From Candidatus Methylomirabilia bacterium (GTDB taxonomy: Bacteria > Methylomirabilota > Methylomirabilia > Rokubacteriales > CSP1-6), in contig JBGQHJ010000164.1 of assembly GCA_041497895.1 (NCBI GenBank), forward strand, positions 1 through 10,145: DNA of 10,145 bases, given 5' to 3'. Numbering within the stretch: position 1 is the first letter of the stretch; each line of letters opens with the position of its first letter. Below the pieces are notes generated by a model, which saw nothing but the letters and a program-made list of their open reading frames with translations, searched no databases and had not been told where the DNA came from. A program made the position numbers and the translations under genes. Shown here piece after piece: positions 6,208 to 10,145 of the stretch.

Positions 6208-8310
6208 CTACGGGATCGTCGGTACCGCGCACATCGCCGCCAGCTCCGGCGCGGTGACGACCTCCTCGAAGCCGCCCTCCTGGCGGTCGCGGTCCGGCCC
6301 GAGCTCGGTGAAGCAGGCCTCGTCGGCGTAGAGGTGCCCGCCGAGGCGCTGGAACAGCAGCACGGTGCGGAAGGCCGAGCCGGGGCCGCGGGCCGAGGCG
6401 CGGAGGTAGCGCTCGCTCGGGAGCGCGTCCGGTCCGCGGGCGAGGGCTTCGTGGATCACCCGGCCGGCGAGCGTGCCCTTGGCCCCCAGGTCGAACCCGA
6501 GTAGGTGGGCGAAGGTGATCGCGATGTCCGCGTTGCCCACCGGGGCTGTGTCCACGAGGCTTTCCTTGAAGTCGGGCCCGGCCGCGACCATGAAGTTGAA
6601 CGTGTCGCTGCGGTTGAAGCTGCCGTGCATGCCCTGGCCCTGCTGGAGGTTGTTGTCGGCGATCTCCACCCCGGTCATGAAGCGATTGCCCGGGTCGGTG
6701 GCGAAGCCCCTGAAATTCAGGAGCACCGCCGGCGTCGGCAGCGCGGCCGAGCCCTTGAGATTGATGGCGCTGAGCGGCAGCGTGCCCGGCACCTCTCCGT
6801 AGGCGTCGTCGACGAAGATGCCGCCGGTATAGTCCTGGCCGGCCAGGAAGGTGACGATGCGCCCGAGGAGCGCCGGGTCACGCTCCCCCGGCAGGTAGAT
6901 GAGATCGGAGCCGCCGTTGGCGGCCACCACGAGCCTGGCGTCGGTAGGCGCGTCCGTGGGGCCGCCGACGCGACCGGTGCCGCCGAGCAGGCCGTTGCCC
7001 CTGACCGGGCGCGGGCGCGCCGTCGCGGTGGGCTGCTCGATGGTCAGGTCCACCCGCTGGTACATGGGCCGGCCGTCCACCGTGACCCGGCTGTCGGGAT
7101 CGAAGAGCGGCAGGTCGAGGCCCCGGGCCAGGTCGATGGCCACGAAGCCGGGTGGCAGGGCGCCCGCGTCGACCTCCTGGCGCCCGCTCGCGTCGCGATA
7201 GGTCCGGCTCGCGGCATAGCTCCGCGTGTGGCGTCGGCCGGAGGCGTCGAGGTCGCGCTTGCTGATCGTGGCGAAGCCGTGGTCGGCGGTGACGAAGACG
7301 TCGGTGGTGGCCGCCAGGGCCGGGTCGCTCTCGACGTAGGCGAGGATCTGCTTGAGGTTGTCGTCGGCGTTACGGATGGCCGCGCGGGACGTGGGCCCGT
7401 TGATCCCCGGTACGAGGGAGCCGAGGCTATCTCCCTGAGTGTGCTGGGTTCCGTCTGGATCGCGTGACCAGTAGACCAGGATGAAGCCGCGGCCGGCGTG
7501 GGCGCCCTGGCCTGCCTCGGTGAACGCGGGCAGGACCGCGCGCGTGATCGCGTCGGCGAAGTACCGCTGCTGGGCGACATTGGCCACCCGCGTGCCCGGG
7601 GTCACGTTGTTGCCGGCCGGCTGGGTGCGTAGCGGCGCCGCGAGCGGAAGCCCGGCCGCCTGCAGCCTCACCTCGATGTCGGCCGGGAGCGGAAGGCCGG
7701 CGGCGGTGCCGGTCCGGTCGTCGATGATCACGGTGTCCGGCACGGCGAACGCGCCGGCGACCGGCCTGCCCTGGGTCACGTCCATGATGAGCGTCGGGCC
7801 CAGCTTGCCCACCGCGGCGGTGTGGAAGCCGTGCTTGCGCCCGAAGGCCAGGAGGGCCTCCTCGCCCAGGAAGTTCCCGCCGGGGAAGTGCGCGTCGATG
7901 TCGCCGAGCACCTGGTCGTCCTCGATGAAGGGCGTGAGCGTGCCCGGGCTCTTGCCGGTGAAGCTCGCGGGCCGACCGTCGAAGACCGGGAAGCCGGTGA
8001 AGAGGAAGTTGCTGAAGTCGCCGGTGTCCCCCGAGAAGTGCCCGGTGGCGATGGCCGCCGCGTTCGGGGTCGTGAAGGTCGGGAAGACCGCGTGGCTGTT
8101 CACGAAGTACACCCCGCGGGTACGCAGCGCGGTCATGGTCGGCGCGTCGGTCGGGTTGACCGCCTCGGCCCTCAGCCCATCCATGACCACGATGATGACG
8201 TTGCGCCGCGGCCGGCTCTCGCGCTCCTGGGCGGCCGGCCGGGCCGGGGCGGCGGCGGAGCACGCGATGATCGCGCCGAGCAGGAGCACGCCGAGTCTCG
8301 GGCCTCGCAT
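6208..8310 (-). CDS. Secreted alkaline phosphatase superfamily enzyme (type I phosphodiesterase / nucleotide pyrophosphatase-like), about 700 aa
   Basis: Start re-called at ATG 8310, with SD GGAGGAGGT 6 nt upstream, followed by a signal peptide MRGPRLGVLLLGAIIACSAAAP. AP-superfamily metal-ligand motifs VMDGLR, DPDGTQH, TADHG and GMHGS are present, as is the Thr-nucleophile motif FPTFTTPN (Thr codon 8071-8073). Stop TAG at 6208-6210. Confidence 0.9.
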   Translation of the reverse strand: MRGPRLGVLLLGAIIACSAAAPARPAAQERESRPRRNVIIVVMDGLRAEAVNPTDAPTMTALRTRGVYFVNSHAVFPTFTTPNAAAIATGHFSGDTGDFSNFLFTGFPVFDGRPASFTGKSPGTLTPFIEDDQVLGDIDAHFPGGNFLGEEALLAFGRKHGFHTAAVGKLGPTLIMDVTQGRPVAGAFAVPDTVIIDDRTGTAAGLPLPADIEVRLQAAGLPLAAPLRTQPAGNNVTPGTRVANVAQQRYFADAITRAVLPAFTEAGQGAHAGRGFILVYWSRDPDGTQHTQGDSLGSLVPGINGPTSRAAIRNADDNLKQILAYVESDPALAATTDVFVTADHGFATISKRDLDASGRRHTRSYAASRTYRDASGRQEVDAGALPPGFVAIDLARGLDLPLFDPDSRVTVDGRPMYQRVDLTIEQPTATARPRPVRGNGLLGGTGRVGGPTDAPTDARLVVAANGGSDLIYLPGERDPALLGRIVTFLAGQDYTGGIFVDDAYGEVPGTLPLSAINLKGSAALPTPAVLLNFRGFATDPGNRFMTGVEIADNNLQQGQGMHGSFNRSDTFNFMVAAGPDFKESLVDTAPVGNADIAITFAHLLGFDLGAKGTLAGRVIHEALARGPDALPSERYLRASARGPGSAFRTVLLFQRLGGHLYADEACFTELGPDRDRQEGGFEEVVTAPELAAMCAVPTIP

Positions 8311-8329
8311 GGGGGCACCTCCTCCCGGG

Positions 8330-8363
8330 ATCGTAGCCGAGCGTGATGACTCCACGATGACCG
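8330..8363 (-). promoter_or_regulatory. Putative PhoB-dependent promoter: Pho-box-like direct repeat plus -10 hexamer
   Basis: The minus strand reads CGGTCAT CGTG GAGTCAT (8363-8346; GTCAT twice at an 11-bp period), then a 10-nt spacer CACGCTCGGC, then TACGAT (8335-8330), then the SD and ATG of an AP-family gene. Confidence 0.6.
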
Positions 8364-8379
8364 GCCGGCTACGGTTGGA

Positions 8380-9432
8380 TCACGACGCGGCCGCGGCCGG
8401 CGACGTGATCCGGAACAGGACGTCACCGCCGGGCTCGCGGACGGCCTCGAGGCGGAGCCGCCGGTCGTGGGCCGCGAGCGCGCCCCTCCACAGCTCGCTC
8501 CACGCCCCGAAGGCGGCCGGATCGAGCGGCTCGAGGCCGCGCGCCAGACGCCAGCCGCGCAGGCGCACCGAGGCCCCATCGCTCCCGGCCTCGACCTCGA
8601 CCGTCTCGCCCTGGGCCCGGGCGAGCGCGGCCAGGTAGCGCGCGAACGGCCCGGGCCCGGCGCTCTCCATCGCGAGCAGGCGCACGGTCTCGTCGTGGAG
8701 CTGCATGCCGATGAGTCGGGCCGCGTGCCCCAGGAGGGCGCGGGTGTCGGCGGGGCCCAGCAGCTCGACCGCCACCGGCAGCGTGGTCCGCACGTACTCC
8801 ATGGCGTAACGCGCGATCACGGTGTCGAGGCGCTCGGGCGGCCAGGTCGCGGGGTCGAGGCACGGGGCGGCGGCGGGGTCGAAGGCGGGCATGGTCTCGC
8901 CGGACGCGAACCGCACCCGCTCGTCCGGGGCGAGGTCGCGCTCGTGCTCGAGGTAGTAGCCCTCGAGCCCGGCGTGGCCGTCCACCGTCTGGCCGGTGCA
9001 GACGAAGCCGAGCCGCGGGTTGCCGAGCGTCACGCCGTTATGGCCGTGCCAGCCGTGGAGCATGGCCGCGTTCACCCGGCTCGGGATGCCGCAGATCGAC
9101 GCGCCGGACCAGATCCAGCGCGGCGGCGGGTAGCGCACCCAGGCCTTGCGATCGGACTCCCGCGCGTACTCGGTCTTCACGCCGCCGACCTGGTTGGAGA
9201 GGTAGTGGTACTGCGCGCAGGCCACCGCATGCGGCAGGCGATCGAGCCCGAGCTTGGCCAGGCCCGGCCGGAACTTCTCGAGGTGCTGGCGACGGAACAG
9301 GCGGAAGACGAATTCCGCCGCGAGGTCCTCACCGCGGCGCGTGACCAGGGTGAGGACGAAGCCGGTCAGGAGCGCCTGGTAGAGGACCGAGATCGCGCGA
9401 TGCCCGGCGTTCATCAGCTGGCTACTGCGCAC
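8380..9432 (-). CDS. Hypothetical protein (about 350 aa), probably two tandem V4R/ATC-hydrolase-like alpha/beta repeats
   Basis: Protein-like composition, unlike the overlapping shadow ORFs. It fills the gap between two real minus-strand genes, beginning 4 nt after the SBP stop. The start is GTG 9432 or ATG 9414. Internal similarity between the halves was seen by eye; the fold assignment is inference. Confidence 0.8.
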   Translation of the reverse strand: MRSSQLMNAGHRAISVLYQALLTGFVLTLVTRRGEDLAAEFVFRLFRRQHLEKFRPGLAKLGLDRLPHAVACAQYHYLSNQVGGVKTEYARESDRKAWVRYPPPRWIWSGASICGIPSRVNAAMLHGWHGHNGVTLGNPRLGFVCTGQTVDGHAGLEGYYLEHERDLAPDERVRFASGETMPAFDPAAAPCLDPATWPPERLDTVIARYAMEYVRTTLPVAVELLGPADTRALLGHAARLIGMQLHDETVRLLAMESAGPGPFARYLAALARAQGETVEVEAGSDGASVRLRGWRLARGLEPLDPAAFGAWSELWRGALAAHDRRLRLEAVREPGGDVLFRITSPAAAAS

Positions 9433-9436
9433 CTCG

Positions 9437-10145
9437 CTACTGGGCCTTGAGCCGGATGTCCTCGTAGGCCGGGAAGGCGTACACGGGGATCACGTTGATG
9501 GTGTGCTCGGCGACGCGCGGCCCGACCCCGATGAGGCCACGCAGGTCCATGATCGGGGCGAACATCACCCGGTCCACCGTCGCCTGCTGGATGCGGTGGA
9601 GGAGGGCCTCGCGGCGGGCCGGGTCGCGCTCGCGTGCCTGCTGCAGGAAGAGCTCGTCGAGGTCGGGGTAGCCGCCGTAGGCGGCGGCGCCCTTGGAGTA
9701 GACGAACGACTCCACGCGGCTGGCCGCGTTCCCCGAGTTCCCCACCGCCACCAGGAAGAGGCCACGCAGCTTCTTCTCTTGCCAGTCCGCGTAGAAGGCG
9801 GCGCGCTCGGTGGGGCGCATCCGCACCCGGATCCCGACCGCGTTGAGGTTGTTGAGCGCGGCGTCGCCCACGGTGGAGAAGCCGGGGATGGCGGTGAAGG
9901 TGCCCGCGTCGAGGCCCCGCGGGAAGCCGGCCTCCGCCAGCAGCTGCTTGGCCTTCTGTGGATCGTAGGCGGGCGGCGGGACCTGGAGCGCGAAGTCCAT
10001 CACCCGCGGCACGAAGACGCCAGTGGGCGGGCAGTGCCCGAGGCAGGCCGCCTCGTTCGTGCCCTTGCGATCGAGGGCGTGGTTGACGGCCAGGCGCAGC
10101 CGCCGGTCGGCCCAGGGCGACTTGGGATCCCACTGGTCCGCGAAC
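9437..10145 (-). CDS. ABC transporter substrate-binding protein, family 5, C-terminal part; 5' end outside window
   Basis: The frame is open from 10144 (FADQWDPKSPWADRRLRLAVNHALDRKGTNEAACLGHCPPTGVFVPRVMDF...) to TAG at 9437-9439. Family-5 motifs include D.R.RLA.N.A.DR, YDPQKAKQLLAEAGFP and DPARREALLHRIQQ. Confidence 0.92.
   Translation of the reverse strand, partial: FADQWDPKSPWADRRLRLAVNHALDRKGTNEAACLGHCPPTGVFVPRVMDFALQVPPPAYDPQKAKQLLAEAGFPRGLDAGTFTAIPGFSTVGDAALNNLNAVGIRVRMRPTERAAFYADWQEKKLRGLFLVAVGNSGNAASRVESFVYSKGAAAYGGYPDLDELFLQQARERDPARREALLHRIQQATVDRVMFAPIMDLRGLIGVGPRVAEHTINVIPVYAFPAYEDIRLKAQ

Noticed and set aside
8311..8355. ORF-track start at 8355 for the phosphodiesterase
   Set aside because: ATG 8310 has a strong SD and begins the signal peptide. 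The extension covers the SD and the putative promoter.
83..9969. About 49-bp inverted similarity near both window ends (83-131 versus 9921-9969), resembling terminal inverted repeats
   Set aside because: Both copies encode the conserved YDPxxAKxLLAEAGFP motif of two paralogous SBPs on opposite strands. There is no transposase or target-site duplication.

Overview
High-GC bacterial DNA, almost fully coding, arranged as two convergent blocks. Plus strand (1-6179): a Dpp/Opp (PepT, SBP family 5) ABC importer operon followed by an amidase-signature (AS) amidase of the CX3C subgroup. The operon has a 5'-truncated substrate-binding protein, two permeases and two ATPases. Minus strand (10145-6208): a 5'-truncated family-5 SBP, a 350-aa hypothetical protein that looks like two tandem V4R/ATC-hydrolase-like repeats, and a secreted alkaline-phosphatase-superfamily (NPP-type) enzyme. 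Main points of interest: (1) the DppD-like ATPase has Asn in place of the Walker-B catalytic Glu and Glu in place of the Q-loop Gln, suggesting a degenerate or rewired ATP site; (2) a Pho-box-like repeat plus -10 hexamer with E. coli phoA-like spacing lies directly upstream of the phosphatase-family gene; (3) a 16-bp hairpin separates the SBP gene from the first permease; (4) the hypothetical protein appears internally duplicated. No rRNA, tRNA, CRISPR array or mobile element was seen. The style of the right-hand SBP suggests Ca. Rokubacteria/Methylomirabilota or Tectomicrobia (from memory, unverified).
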